From positions 1 through 32,375 of the forward strand of contig JAGCYN010000071.1 in assembly GCA_017960745.1 (NCBI GenBank): a DNA stretch of 32,375 nucleotides, written 5' to 3'. This DNA is from Alphaproteobacteria bacterium (GTDB lineage Bacteria > Pseudomonadota > Alphaproteobacteria > RF32 > CAG-239). Shown here in pieces: positions 1-9,321 of the stretch. The number at the start of each line of letters is the position of its first letter. The stretch's first letter is position 1. Made by a program: the position numbers and the translations under genes. The notes under the pieces were generated by a model. It did not search any database, was not told where the DNA came from, and was given only the letters and a program-made list of their open reading frames with translations.

Positions 1-1221
1 GAAAAACAGCATAACATTAAACACTCGCGAGTATGCTCTAAAACTGCTAAATTGCGGCAAGGTAAATATAATGCCAGATTTCACTATTTTGCGGATGGTA
101 CACTCGTTCATTGCTCAGAACCACAATCATTTTCTAAAAATGAAACGTATCGACGAGGCACGGAAGATTTTGAACGAATCATGACGGCTCTTAAGATTCG
201 CCGTTGTCCGGTTAATAAGATTTACGGACCGCAAAATCAAATGGATGTATTTCATTATTCCGATTTCTTACGCTATATTTCAACGCAAGCTTTGCTGAAA
301 TATTCTTACAAAGAAGATTTATATATTGAACCTTTACCGAATAAAGAAGATTTTGTGCGTGATTGCTTCGCCAATGGCAATATTTTGCTTACAGCTTCGA
401 AAGACGAATTATTACCACCGCATTGCCGTGAGTTTATGGCATTATTTGCTGACGGGCGTTATTATGTTTCCGAAGAATATCGCAGTCATTTGGGAGCAAA
501 ACATTATGGCAAAGTCAGTCGTTTTGATGCCGATTATTTGTTGCATTATTGCGTGATGGCCGAGGAATACATTCCGCAGGACTATCTTGATGCTCTTTAC
601 AAAGAAGCCGAAAAGTATGAATGGTTTGCTTCGGTCAGCGATGTTGCCGCCAAACAGCAAGAGCGCATAAATGCAGATGATTTAATAAAAATGAACAAGT
701 ATATTGACAATCTGTTCCAAAAACGTACTTGCCTGACTGTGGTAAATCCGGACATCGGTTCCAGTTTTATGTCGCCGGATTTTCAGCAATACGCGGTATT
801 TTCTGATGGTTTAGTGGTTGCCGTATATCATGATGAAGATGACAAATCGTTTATAAAATCTCTAAAGAAATATTTTCCAGATTTAACTTTTCATTTTGAG
901 AAAATATCAAAAGAATATCTGGAGCAACTTTATCGCCGATTACCGGAATTTCAAAAAGGAGCAACCACCATTTATGTTGAAATGCTCAAACAAAAGGCGC
1001 GTAAGTTAAAGCGCATGACTGACTTAACACATATTGAAGCACTTGATGTGGTGGCCAATATTGCCGGTTGGCAAAATTGGCGTTCAATAAAAATAGAGAA
1101 TGAAGCGCACGCGCGGGAATTGATTGATGCTGAAAAATGGCGCAAAAATTTGGCCGCTGATTTTAATGCTGAAAATCCGCTGGAAGAGGAATATCGCCGT
1201 TATTTGAAGCGCCTTAAATGA
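1..1221 (+). CDS. Hypothetical protein, paralogue 1 of a tandem family (5'-truncated by the window)
   Basis: Frame is open from base 1 (the track starts at TTG 52). Repeated xFxDG motifs: YFADG, ALFADG, AVFSDG. C-terminal KQKARKLKR..HIEALDVVA..AGWQNW helical motif. Aligns by eye with the next two ORFs. Confidence 0.8.
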   Translation, partial: EKQHNIKHSRVCSKTAKLRQGKYNARFHYFADGTLVHCSEPQSFSKNETYRRGTEDFERIMTALKIRRCPVNKIYGPQNQMDVFHYSDFLRYISTQALLKYSYKEDLYIEPLPNKEDFVRDCFANGNILLTASKDELLPPHCREFMALFADGRYYVSEEYRSHLGAKHYGKVSRFDADYLLHYCVMAEEYIPQDYLDALYKEAEKYEWFASVSDVAAKQQERINADDLIKMNKYIDNLFQKRTCLTVVNPDIGSSFMSPDFQQYAVFSDGLVVAVYHDEDDKSFIKSLKKYFPDLTFHFEKISKEYLEQLYRRLPEFQKGATTIYVEMLKQKARKLKRMTDLTHIEALDVVANIAGWQNWRSIKIENEAHARELIDAEKWRKNLAADFNAENPLEEEYRRYLKRLK

Positions 1222-1374
1222 TTTATGGATAAAAGCGCCGATTAGCGCTTGCATCCTGCCCATAAGGCAAATCCGGACGGAATAATCATTTTCAATACAC
1301 AACTTTAATCAAATGGGAAAAAAGCAATGAGGCAGGCATTGTGTAATATTCCCGTATTTTAAGGAGTATGTGTC

Positions 1375-2778
1375 ATGAAAACGCAAGATTTATTAAAAAA
1401 ACTGTTCAACGAAGGGGATTGCTTAACTTATGATTGGTATTTTTCGGCACGCCGGAAAGCAGAAAAAATGTGTGAGCAATTTATGCTTGAAAATCCGCAT
1501 AGTTTCTGCTTTGTGCAAAATACCAAAGTATCGATGCCATTATTGAAACACACTGATTTTCAATATTTTTCAAACGGTGCTCTGGTCATTTATATGTGGC
1601 CGCAACGTGCAGACGAAGTTATTAAAAAAGCGCGGAAAATTTTGGCATTGCACGGCTATGTGATAAAAGATATTTATGCACCGCAGAATAAAGAGGAATG
1701 GCAAGACTACTTCAAACTGCTTATTGATATTCACGATAAAACCAAAGAATTGCCGGTCAAAGACGAAGATTTAATTCTTCGAACTTTTAATTCGCCGGCC
1801 GAATTTGCCGATTATTGTTTTAACGGTGGAAATGTTTTATTAAATGCTTCTAAAGATGAGTGCTATAACCCGAAATATCGGCAAATGCTTGCATTATTCG
1901 GTAACGGTTTGTATATGGTTGATGAAAAATATAAACGTTACGACAGTTTTTATGGTGATGTGGAAGTTAAGTTTTTTGAAGATTATGTTTGTGAAAAGCC
2001 GATGATGCGACCGATTTATGTGCCGCAAATATATTTACAAGCGTTATATCAAAGAGCAAAACAGTATAATTGGTATATTTCTCCGGAAGATGCTGCAAAA
2101 AAATTGCCACAAGTTAAAATTTCCGAATTGGAAACAATCAAGAAATATACCGAAGATATATTACAAAACCGCATGTGTATCAGCATTTTGACACCACGTA
2201 TAAATTATAGAGACATATTTCTTGATCCGATTTTGACTTCGCCGGATTATAATCGCTACGTTTTGTTTGATGATGGTAAACTGATACTTTCACAAAAATA
2301 TTATAATGATAAGGTAAAGCAGAAACATTTTCTTGAAGATTTAAAACGGAGTTTCCCATATATGAAATTTACAGTGGAATTGGCGTCGGATTACTGTATT
2401 GATTATCTGTATCAGGAAATATACAAACGGCAAAAAAGCGCCCGCGATATTTATTTGGAAATGATGCGGCAAAAAGCGATGTTTATCAGCGAAATATTCG
2501 GTGTACCGGTTGTCTTGACGCAAGATGCGGCGGCACAGTTCATTGGTTGGAAAGATTGGACGGAGATGGAAAATGTAACCAATACTCATGCTCGTCATTT
2601 AATTGCTATGCAACAAGATTTGGATAAAAGAGTGGAAAAAAACGGCTATAAAAATGACGTTATTTACAATGCTACGGCTTATTTTGATTTGTTAAAAACG
2701 CAAAATATTCCTTACGAGAATTCGCAAAAACTGTATTCTCAGCTAAAAGCTAATTTAGCTAAAGCAAAACGACAATAA
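1375..2778 (+). CDS. Hypothetical protein, paralogue 2
   Basis: 467-aa ORF with an AAGGAG RBS. Shares LLxASKDE, ALFxxG, ALY..A..Y.W, SPD and IY.EM..QKA blocks with ORF 1. Confidence 0.85.
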   Translation: MKTQDLLKKLFNEGDCLTYDWYFSARRKAEKMCEQFMLENPHSFCFVQNTKVSMPLLKHTDFQYFSNGALVIYMWPQRADEVIKKARKILALHGYVIKDIYAPQNKEEWQDYFKLLIDIHDKTKELPVKDEDLILRTFNSPAEFADYCFNGGNVLLNASKDECYNPKYRQMLALFGNGLYMVDEKYKRYDSFYGDVEVKFFEDYVCEKPMMRPIYVPQIYLQALYQRAKQYNWYISPEDAAKKLPQVKISELETIKKYTEDILQNRMCISILTPRINYRDIFLDPILTSPDYNRYVLFDDGKLILSQKYYNDKVKQKHFLEDLKRSFPYMKFTVELASDYCIDYLYQEIYKRQKSARDIYLEMMRQKAMFISEIFGVPVVLTQDAAAQFIGWKDWTEMENVTNTHARHLIAMQQDLDKRVEKNGYKNDVIYNATAYFDLLKTQNIPYENSQKLYSQLKANLAKAKRQ

Positions 2779-2793
2779 ATAAATGAGGCGATT

Positions 2794-3660
2794 ATGGTAA
2801 ATTATATGATAACGCAAGAAGATGCCGTTAATGAGTTGTATGCACATGGCAAAGCTTGTTTAACGGCACATAGAGAAGCAAATATAGATAAAAAATATCG
2901 CCCGTATTTGGCGTTATTTGCCGATGGTACATTTTTAGTTGATGAGCGTGCTCAAGAAGATGCGGTTTTACAAAATTTAGTTTTTGAATTCTTTAAAGCT
3001 TATCCAATACAAACAAAGCTGTATAAACAGTATGTGTCCGCGCAAATGCTGAAAGCCGTTTATCGTCGCGCTCAGGATTTTGATTGGTATTTACCACAAA
3101 ATAGTATGCCAACCGATTTAGAAGCTTCAGACGAGCAAAAGCTACACTGTTTTTTAGAGCGCATTCTGAAACGACGGTGTTTGAGTATTACCACACTGAC
3201 AACGCCGGAGTGGTTTCGTTTCTATTCGCCGGATAAAGAAAAATTTGCTTTATTTGAAGGTGGTTGGCTGATTGTGGCGCAAAACAGTCCGAATATTGAA
3301 ACATTGCCATGCAATATCAGTAAGATTTATCCGCAAATTGAAATTGTTGAGGTTGTACCTGATTATTATATCGGGGCTATTTATGAAAGGTTGTTATATA
3401 CTGAATTAAGTGCGCGTGAAATATATATAGACTTGGTACGAAAAAAAATGATGGAGCGTTTGAAAATAGGTTCAGATGAAGCTCTAAAGGTGATGCAAAA
3501 TCAAACTTTCGGTTGGCAAAAATTATTATTCCTATCGGAACAAAATGCACGTTCTATGATATACAGTGAATATGTTGAAAACAGCTTTATTGAAAGTGAT
3601 GAACATTTTGCTGCGCAAATGGCGACCAAGAAGGATTTTTATATTGGAGTATTTTTATGA
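2794..3660 (+). CDS. Hypothetical protein, paralogue 3 (shorter)
   Basis: 288-aa ORF with a GAGG RBS. ALFADG, AVY..A..FDW, RCLSI, SPD..FALFEGG and SAREIY blocks are shared with ORFs 1-2. Confidence 0.85.
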   Translation: MVNYMITQEDAVNELYAHGKACLTAHREANIDKKYRPYLALFADGTFLVDERAQEDAVLQNLVFEFFKAYPIQTKLYKQYVSAQMLKAVYRRAQDFDWYLPQNSMPTDLEASDEQKLHCFLERILKRRCLSITTLTTPEWFRFYSPDKEKFALFEGGWLIVAQNSPNIETLPCNISKIYPQIEIVEVVPDYYIGAIYERLLYTELSAREIYIDLVRKKMMERLKIGSDEALKVMQNQTFGWQKLLFLSEQNARSMIYSEYVENSFIESDEHFAAQMATKKDFYIGVFL

Positions 3661-3688
3661 ATTGAATGTGGTTCGTAAACCGTAAGCT

Positions 3689-3702
3689 AAGCATCACCAA
3701 TA
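3689..3702 (+). repeat. 14-bp direct repeat, copy 1 (AAGCATCACCAATA), tRNA-3'-end-like
   Basis: Identical to 4858-4871. Contains ..ACCA, has GGTTCG upstream and a terminator downstream. Confidence 0.7.
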
Positions 3703-3707
3703 CAAAC

Positions 3708-3734
3708 AACAGCCTGTAAAACGGCTGTTTTTTT
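3708..3734 (+). terminator. Rho-independent terminator
   Basis: AACAGCC-loop-GGCTGTT followed by a T tract. Confidence 0.75.
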
Positions 3735-3904
3735 CTTTTTAAATCAAACACTTAATTGAGTTCGAATCTTTGTTTTTTGAAAATAGCAGTTTTGGGAAAT
3801 TTTACGAACTCGTTGTAATATGCATGTAATTAAATAAAAATGATATTGTATATAGATTTAATATATGATATTTTTAGATTGTTAATTACAGTAAGGGACG
3901 CAAT

Positions 3905-4825
3905 ATGGAAAACAAAATCAATATTTTTTGCCATCGTGGACTTTATGGATGTACGGATGTTAATCAAGATTTTTTAAGGATGCCATATGCAAAAGGAGCC
4001 AGTCTTAAAGATATTTCTCCTGAAAATACGTATACATCTATAAAGGCGGCTTTTGAAAAAGGGTATGATGTGGAATTAGATGTTTGTATGACAAAAGATA
4101 ATAAGCTTATTGTGACACATACAAACCATTTACCGGTGCATACTTATAATGCTTCAGATTCTGATTATGTCAGCACATGCCTGCTTTCGGATATAGAAAA
4201 GATGAAAACCGGAATTGGCGGACAAACTGAACCTTTTTTAACATACGAACAATTCCTTGATTTGTTTATTAGTTATTCTGAACTTCGCGTTAATGTTGAA
4301 ATCAAAGGAACAATTGAACCACAAAATGCACTGCCACCTCAAGAAAATCCGTCAGTTGTTGAACAATTAGTAAAAATCACTCCTGAAAAAATATATAATC
4401 GCATTATTTGGTCATCTTTTTCAACGGAAATGATAGCGGAACTTAAAAAATTAAAGCCAGAAGCGAAAGTTGCTCAATTGTTTTGTGAATTCAAGGATAA
4501 TGAACCATATATTTTTGAGAACAGAACAGATAAGTATCTGCAATTTACATATGAGAATATAAAAACTATTCACAAACAAATTCCTCTGGAAGCGGCACAT
4601 GTGGAAATCAGCACACTAAACGACGATGAAGCACTTGCTTATTGTCTAAGTAACAGCATTTATATTAGGACTTGGGCACTGTTAGAGAGAAATCCAGACA
4701 AAGATTTAAATGCTAAACAAAACATTCAAAAACTTCTTCAATTTAAGGAAAAATATCCGTCCTTTTGTTTTGATATCATTACAGATTATGCTCCGGTTGT
4801 AGAAAAGATTATTTCCAGCATGTAA
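3905..4825 (+). CDS. Glycerophosphodiester phosphodiesterase (GDPD family)
   Basis: HRG, PENT, VELDV, NVEIK, SSF and ITDY motifs in the canonical order. Confidence 0.9.
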   Translation: MENKINIFCHRGLYGCTDVNQDFLRMPYAKGASLKDISPENTYTSIKAAFEKGYDVELDVCMTKDNKLIVTHTNHLPVHTYNASDSDYVSTCLLSDIEKMKTGIGGQTEPFLTYEQFLDLFISYSELRVNVEIKGTIEPQNALPPQENPSVVEQLVKITPEKIYNRIIWSSFSTEMIAELKKLKPEAKVAQLFCEFKDNEPYIFENRTDKYLQFTYENIKTIHKQIPLEAAHVEISTLNDDEALAYCLSNSIYIRTWALLERNPDKDLNAKQNIQKLLQFKEKYPSFCFDIITDYAPVVEKIISSM

Positions 4826-4857
4826 TATAAAGTATTTCGACTCGTAACTTGAGAGTA

Positions 4858-4871
4858 AAGCATCACCAATA
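4858..4871 (+). repeat. 14-bp direct repeat, copy 2 (AAGCATCACCAATA)
   Basis: Identical to 3689-3702. Has TTCGACTC upstream and a terminator downstream. Confidence 0.7.
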
Positions 4872-4875
4872 GAAT

Positions 4876-4902
4876 AAACCTCCCTTTGCGGGAGGTTTTT
4901 TT
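4876..4902 (+). terminator. Rho-independent terminator
   Basis: AAACCTCCC-TTTGC-GGGAGGTTT followed by a T tract. Confidence 0.85.
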
Positions 4903-5032
4903 GTTGGTTACCGTGAGGATTGAAGTCCTGTTGCCGTCGATTGGAATGGACCGTGCTATAAATTTATTTGACCTGCACGCAAAAAAATTGTAGCATATTA
5001 ATGAATGACGCAGTTTATGGGAGAACAATACG

Positions 5033-6058
5033 ATGGAAAATGATAATCCTTCTATTGAAACGCAACAGGCCATAAAAGATGGCATTAACTGGATTGCAAA
5101 TTGGTATAAAGACAGATGCGATGCCGGTGTGATTTCGTCTGAAGAATATGCCGATGCCGTGAAAAAACTGCAACAAGTTAAAATCTATACCACCAAACAA
5201 GGTACGAACCGCGTTACCGAAGAGTTGGAAAAAGGCAATTTGCATTTTAAGCCGGAATTGCTGAAAAAAGGCGCTTCGGTTGAAATGTGGAAAAAACTGA
5301 TGGCACAGAAGAATACTTTTCCTTTAGGTTGGTGCGCCAAAGATAATATTGAAGAGCCTGTTATTATTCTCGATATTGATAAAATAAAAGAGAAGATGGG
5401 TAATGATCCCAAAGCAATTACTTCTGAAGTTATCCATGAATTGACACATCTGACGGCTGATTCATTTCATGCCGAGCAGGACGTTAAGAAAATCATTTAT
5501 GGCGAAAATATAGATGGCGCGGCCAAAAGAGCTTATAATTCGGCGCATCATCAAAGTGTCGGCAACATAACCATAAATCCCAATATCATCGCTGATACGA
5601 ATACGGCGTTGGTTGTGCCGGTAATTGATAATGCCAAGACCTTGCTTCACAGTAATACGGGTGAAAATTACGATTTTATGAATGATGGTGTTTCTTATAA
5701 TAAGTATCTGGACGGAAATAACGAAATTTACGCCAGAATGATGCAGTTGCGCTATGAGAACGGTTTAAAGGCCGGGGAATTGATACGTCCGGATGACCTG
5801 CATAAAATGCTGCATGATGAAGATATCATCAATCGTTATAAGGCACCGGTCATCATCTCGATTTTGAATGACGTTGCCATGGTTCCGGGTGTTAAAGAGC
5901 AGATGAAAAAAGACGCGGAACTGGCTCGCATATCTATGGCCGACGTTGAGAAAACGTTTTATCCGCAACAAAACGGAAAAATGTCGGAAACGAAAATGAA
6001 TACGGTAAGCGTATCAGATTTAATCAGAGCAAAAAACAGCGGTAATTTTTACTCATAG
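5033..6058 (+). CDS. Putative zincin-like metallopeptidase (HEXXH)
   Basis: VIHELTH motif and a downstream EIYAR helix that could supply the third ligand. GGGAG RBS. Confidence 0.6.
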   Translation: MENDNPSIETQQAIKDGINWIANWYKDRCDAGVISSEEYADAVKKLQQVKIYTTKQGTNRVTEELEKGNLHFKPELLKKGASVEMWKKLMAQKNTFPLGWCAKDNIEEPVIILDIDKIKEKMGNDPKAITSEVIHELTHLTADSFHAEQDVKKIIYGENIDGAAKRAYNSAHHQSVGNITINPNIIADTNTALVVPVIDNAKTLLHSNTGENYDFMNDGVSYNKYLDGNNEIYARMMQLRYENGLKAGELIRPDDLHKMLHDEDIINRYKAPVIISILNDVAMVPGVKEQMKKDAELARISMADVEKTFYPQQNGKMSETKMNTVSVSDLIRAKNSGNFYS

Positions 6059-6080
6059 CGATATTGTCAGGAGAGATATC

Positions 6081-6836
6081 ATGAATCAGAATGCAGCGGA
6101 TTTATTGTCAATGGATTTTAATACGACATTAAAAACCGCTTTGTATACGGAAAATGCGGCAAATACACTCAGAGTGATGCATATGAACGGTCGCTTAAAA
6201 GAAAATCTGCCACTCGTTGATCGTTTGTTTGAGGTGCCGGAACGGACGGATTTTCATCCGGAAGGCAACAGCGGCGAACATACGCTCTTAACAATAAAAG
6301 AAGTCCGTGAAGAAAATCCGGAAACGGCGGCCATGATGCGCTACGCGATGATGGTGCATGATTTAGGCAAGGTCGTGACGTTTAATGAGCAGGTTACCAA
6401 AGCCGAGGCCAAGGGCGAACCTTATGAAATCAAAGATTTAACCAAGCATTACGGACATGCTGAAAAGGGTGTTGCTTTGGTCAATAAAGTGTCCGATATA
6501 TTGCAAGTGCCTGACGATTGGAAGGAATTCGCCGCATTGGTGTGTAAGCAACACATGAAAGCGCATGATTTTGATAAGATGCGGGATATCAAGTTATACG
6601 AGTTTAATGATGAAATTCCCGAGAAGTTTTATGAGCCGTTGATGCAGTGTTGTCTGGCTGATGCTTTGGGGCGCGATGTACCGGCGGCGGCAAAAGAGCA
6701 GACCAAATCTGATTTTGCCGATAAAAGAGCCAAGACAGATGATGTTCGTCATTTTATGAAAATATCAAACGGTGATAAAAATAATTTTGCCAATAGCTAT
6801 GCAAAATATAAAAAACAAAATGACGGGAACGGATAA
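6081..6836 (+). CDS. Stand-alone HD phosphohydrolase resembling the HD domain of multifunctional CCA-adding enzymes
   Basis: FHPEG...EHT, HDLGK, HYGH, QHM and ADALGR motifs. No nucleotidyltransferase head domain. AGGAG RBS. Confidence 0.8.
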   Translation: MNQNAADLLSMDFNTTLKTALYTENAANTLRVMHMNGRLKENLPLVDRLFEVPERTDFHPEGNSGEHTLLTIKEVREENPETAAMMRYAMMVHDLGKVVTFNEQVTKAEAKGEPYEIKDLTKHYGHAEKGVALVNKVSDILQVPDDWKEFAALVCKQHMKAHDFDKMRDIKLYEFNDEIPEKFYEPLMQCCLADALGRDVPAAAKEQTKSDFADKRAKTDDVRHFMKISNGDKNNFANSYAKYKKQNDGNG

Positions 6837-6837
6837 C

Positions 6838-7392
6838 ATGATGTGTTCCGGTTCATCGACCGCAAAAATAAAAATCTTAATCATTGGTCCGCTCGGTGCG
6901 GGAAAATCGTCGTTGGCGTACGCCATCAATAAAAAATACGGCGTGCCGCGTTTGAATTTGGATGAAGTCCACCGTGTCAAAAACGGCGGTTATCGCTCGG
7001 TGTCTGAGCAGTTCGGTATATTGAACGATTTTCTGAAAAATAACGCGAGTTGGGTGATGGAGGGCTGCCAAAAAATGCTCTATGAAAAAGTTAAACCGGA
7101 CTTGGTTGTGGATATGCGCATCAGCAGGTTACTGGCCGCATGGCGCTTTACCGTGCGCTTTTGGAAAGCCAAAAAACTTGCTGGCAAAGAGATTGCACCG
7201 GATTTGCCGGTACAGGCCTACCATTATCGCAAAATTACTTTATCGAAAATTTTGGAATGGGACAGCACCAATAAAGAGCTGAATGCCGAAATCGGCGCGT
7301 TTTTAAAAAATGTCAAAGTGCCGATTTTAACTTGCAAGAGTTTTAAAGATTATCAGGAAGTTTTCAGCACTATTGATAAATTTAACGCGTAA
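6838..7392 (+). CDS. P-loop NMP-kinase-like protein (adenylate kinase/FlaR-like)
   Basis: ILIIGPLGAGKS Walker A, LNLDE and WVMEG. Start uncertain (6820, 6838 or 6841). Confidence 0.75.
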   Translation: MMCSGSSTAKIKILIIGPLGAGKSSLAYAINKKYGVPRLNLDEVHRVKNGGYRSVSEQFGILNDFLKNNASWVMEGCQKMLYEKVKPDLVVDMRISRLLAAWRFTVRFWKAKKLAGKEIAPDLPVQAYHYRKITLSKILEWDSTNKELNAEIGAFLKNVKVPILTCKSFKDYQEVFSTIDKFNA

Positions 7393-7550
7393 AGACGATT
7401 TTGTTATTTACAGCAGTCAAATTTCTGATGACATTTTATATAATATGTTATATGTTCATTCCAAAGAGTGCGCGATTGCAAAAAAAGCCGAATGAAAGAG
7501 GCGTAAGCAAGCGTTTTTTATCACCCCCGTTATCAGAGGATGAATGTAAC

Positions 7551-8612
7551 ATGAAAATTTTCCGTAAAGAATATGATAAAGATAAATTGACGACTTGCTA
7601 TTATTTATTCGGCATACGCGTGGGCAAGAAAAGGGATAAGATTGCACAAGCAATTCGCTTTTTTGTGGAAGAAAATACAGCTCGTTACCAAAACGAGTTA
7701 TCGACGCAGATACAAGCACTTGGCAATTTAATAAAAGAAAATACAGCTCGTTATCAAGACGAATTGTCGGCAAGGGAAGAAAGTGCGGCACGCCGCAAAA
7801 ATGAGTTAATGACCTGGTATACGTATTCCACGGATATCACAAAGTTGCCGAAAGCGACCGGTCCGATGGGCATTGCGCAACAGGCAGATGCTTTGTTTTT
7901 AAGCGTCGTCAGCAAAGCTTTTGATAAACACGGCATCCGTTATTCGGTTTGGGCCGGGACTTTAATCGGGGCTTTACGTCATCAGGGTTTTATCCCGTGG
8001 GATGATGATATAGATATTATGGTTTTTGATGATGATTATTATAAAATCCGTCAAGTGATTGCCGAAGAATTCAAGGATAATCCGGATATTTACACAACGG
8101 ACGGCGATTGTACGCGTATTTATTATCGGGGAACAAGTATGCAAATCGATTGTTTCCACTTTTTGACTTTTCATAATTATTTTGAAAAGGACGAAGATCG
8201 CGCCGAATTTAAAAAAGAACTCGACAGATATAACCAAATGTGTGAGTATGACTGGTCGTTGTTGTCTGTCGATCGCCCGCTGAAAACGTCGGATGAACAA
8301 ATTCGTCAATGGACGAATGAACTTTTACTTCCGAACCCGCATGAAAAACGCAAGATGATCGTTTCGCAAATCGGCATATCCGGTGCCTCTCATATTTATG
8401 ATTATGATTGGATTTTCCCTCTGAAAAAAATAAAATTTGATGCGTATGAATTTTGGGGACCGAATAAGCCGGAAATTGTCTGTTATGCGCAATATGGCGA
8501 CTATATGAAGTTGCCGACCGATTTTCATATTCATAACGATATTGCGGCCAGAATAACGCCGCATTCGCTGGATAAAATGATGCAGATGATAAAAAGTAAA
8601 AAGTTAAAATAA
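7551..8612 (+). CDS. licD: LicD family phosphotransferase
   Basis: GTLIGALRHQGFIPWDDDIDI signature and C-terminal YGDYM. ATG at 7551 follows GAGGA. Confidence 0.9.
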   Translation: MKIFRKEYDKDKLTTCYYLFGIRVGKKRDKIAQAIRFFVEENTARYQNELSTQIQALGNLIKENTARYQDELSAREESAARRKNELMTWYTYSTDITKLPKATGPMGIAQQADALFLSVVSKAFDKHGIRYSVWAGTLIGALRHQGFIPWDDDIDIMVFDDDYYKIRQVIAEEFKDNPDIYTTDGDCTRIYYRGTSMQIDCFHFLTFHNYFEKDEDRAEFKKELDRYNQMCEYDWSLLSVDRPLKTSDEQIRQWTNELLLPNPHEKRKMIVSQIGISGASHIYDYDWIFPLKKIKFDAYEFWGPNKPEIVCYAQYGDYMKLPTDFHIHNDIAARITPHSLDKMMQMIKSKKLK

Positions 8613-9286
8613 TGAAAAAGATAGCATATATACTTGCAGGCGGTATGGGTAGTCGGTTTGAATGCAACGTTCCGAAGCAGTTTGTAAAGATTGATCAGAA
8701 AATGCTGTTGGAATATACCATGGATATTTTTCAACAACATGAGTTGATTGATGAAATCGTTTTAGTGGCAAATGTTTTCGAAAACGACATAACTTTGGAA
8801 ACGATGCAAACCAAATATCCTAAATTGAAAGAGATTGTTCCCGGCGGGAAAACACGCGGTCTCAGTATTGTTAACGCCGCCAATTCCATATCGGAAAATC
8901 AGGAAGCGTATATTATCATCCATGATGCGTGTCGTCCATTTGTGGCGCCCGAGGTTATTGCTCAAGGAATATGGGCATTAAATAAAAGGGAACTGGCAAA
9001 AACAGTTTTCAAGCCGCAGGACGATATTTTATTGGAAGACAAAAAAGTGGCGGCGCGGAGCGAATATATGATTTTATCATCGCCTGATTTTATTCGCTTA
9101 TCGCTTTTGAAAAAGTTGGTTGCGCATGATTTATTCGGTCTTTCTTGTGTTTTTACCGCCGCGCTGCAATATAATCCGGATCTGGATTTTGAATATATTT
9201 TTTCCAATCGCAGAAATATTAAAATTACTTTTCCCGAAGATTTGGCTGTGGCAACACTGTACTTAAAAGAAGATACGGCTGACTAA
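8612..9286 (+). CDS. IspD/TarI-family cytidylyltransferase
   Basis: LAGGMGSRF, PKQF, GG.TR..S, HDACRPF and NIKITFPEDL. TAATG overlap with licD. Confidence 0.85.
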   Translation: MKKIAYILAGGMGSRFECNVPKQFVKIDQKMLLEYTMDIFQQHELIDEIVLVANVFENDITLETMQTKYPKLKEIVPGGKTRGLSIVNAANSISENQEAYIIIHDACRPFVAPEVIAQGIWALNKRELAKTVFKPQDDILLEDKKVAARSEYMILSSPDFIRLSLLKKLVAHDLFGLSCVFTAALQYNPDLDFEYIFSNRRNIKITFPEDLAVATLYLKEDTAD

Positions 9287-9321
9287 CAAGTCGGAGATTG
9301 GCAAAAGTTACAGCAGCGGAG

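Noticed and set aside
3665-3775. Complete tRNA gene suggested by GGTTCG, GTTCGAATC and ..CACCA
   Set aside because: No D arm or anticodon arm, and the T-loop-to-CCA spacing and stems do not form a cloverleaf. Kept only as att-like remnants.
7455-7545. Possible riboswitch upstream of licD
   Set aside because: Only short imperfect stems before a T run, with no recognisable aptamer consensus.
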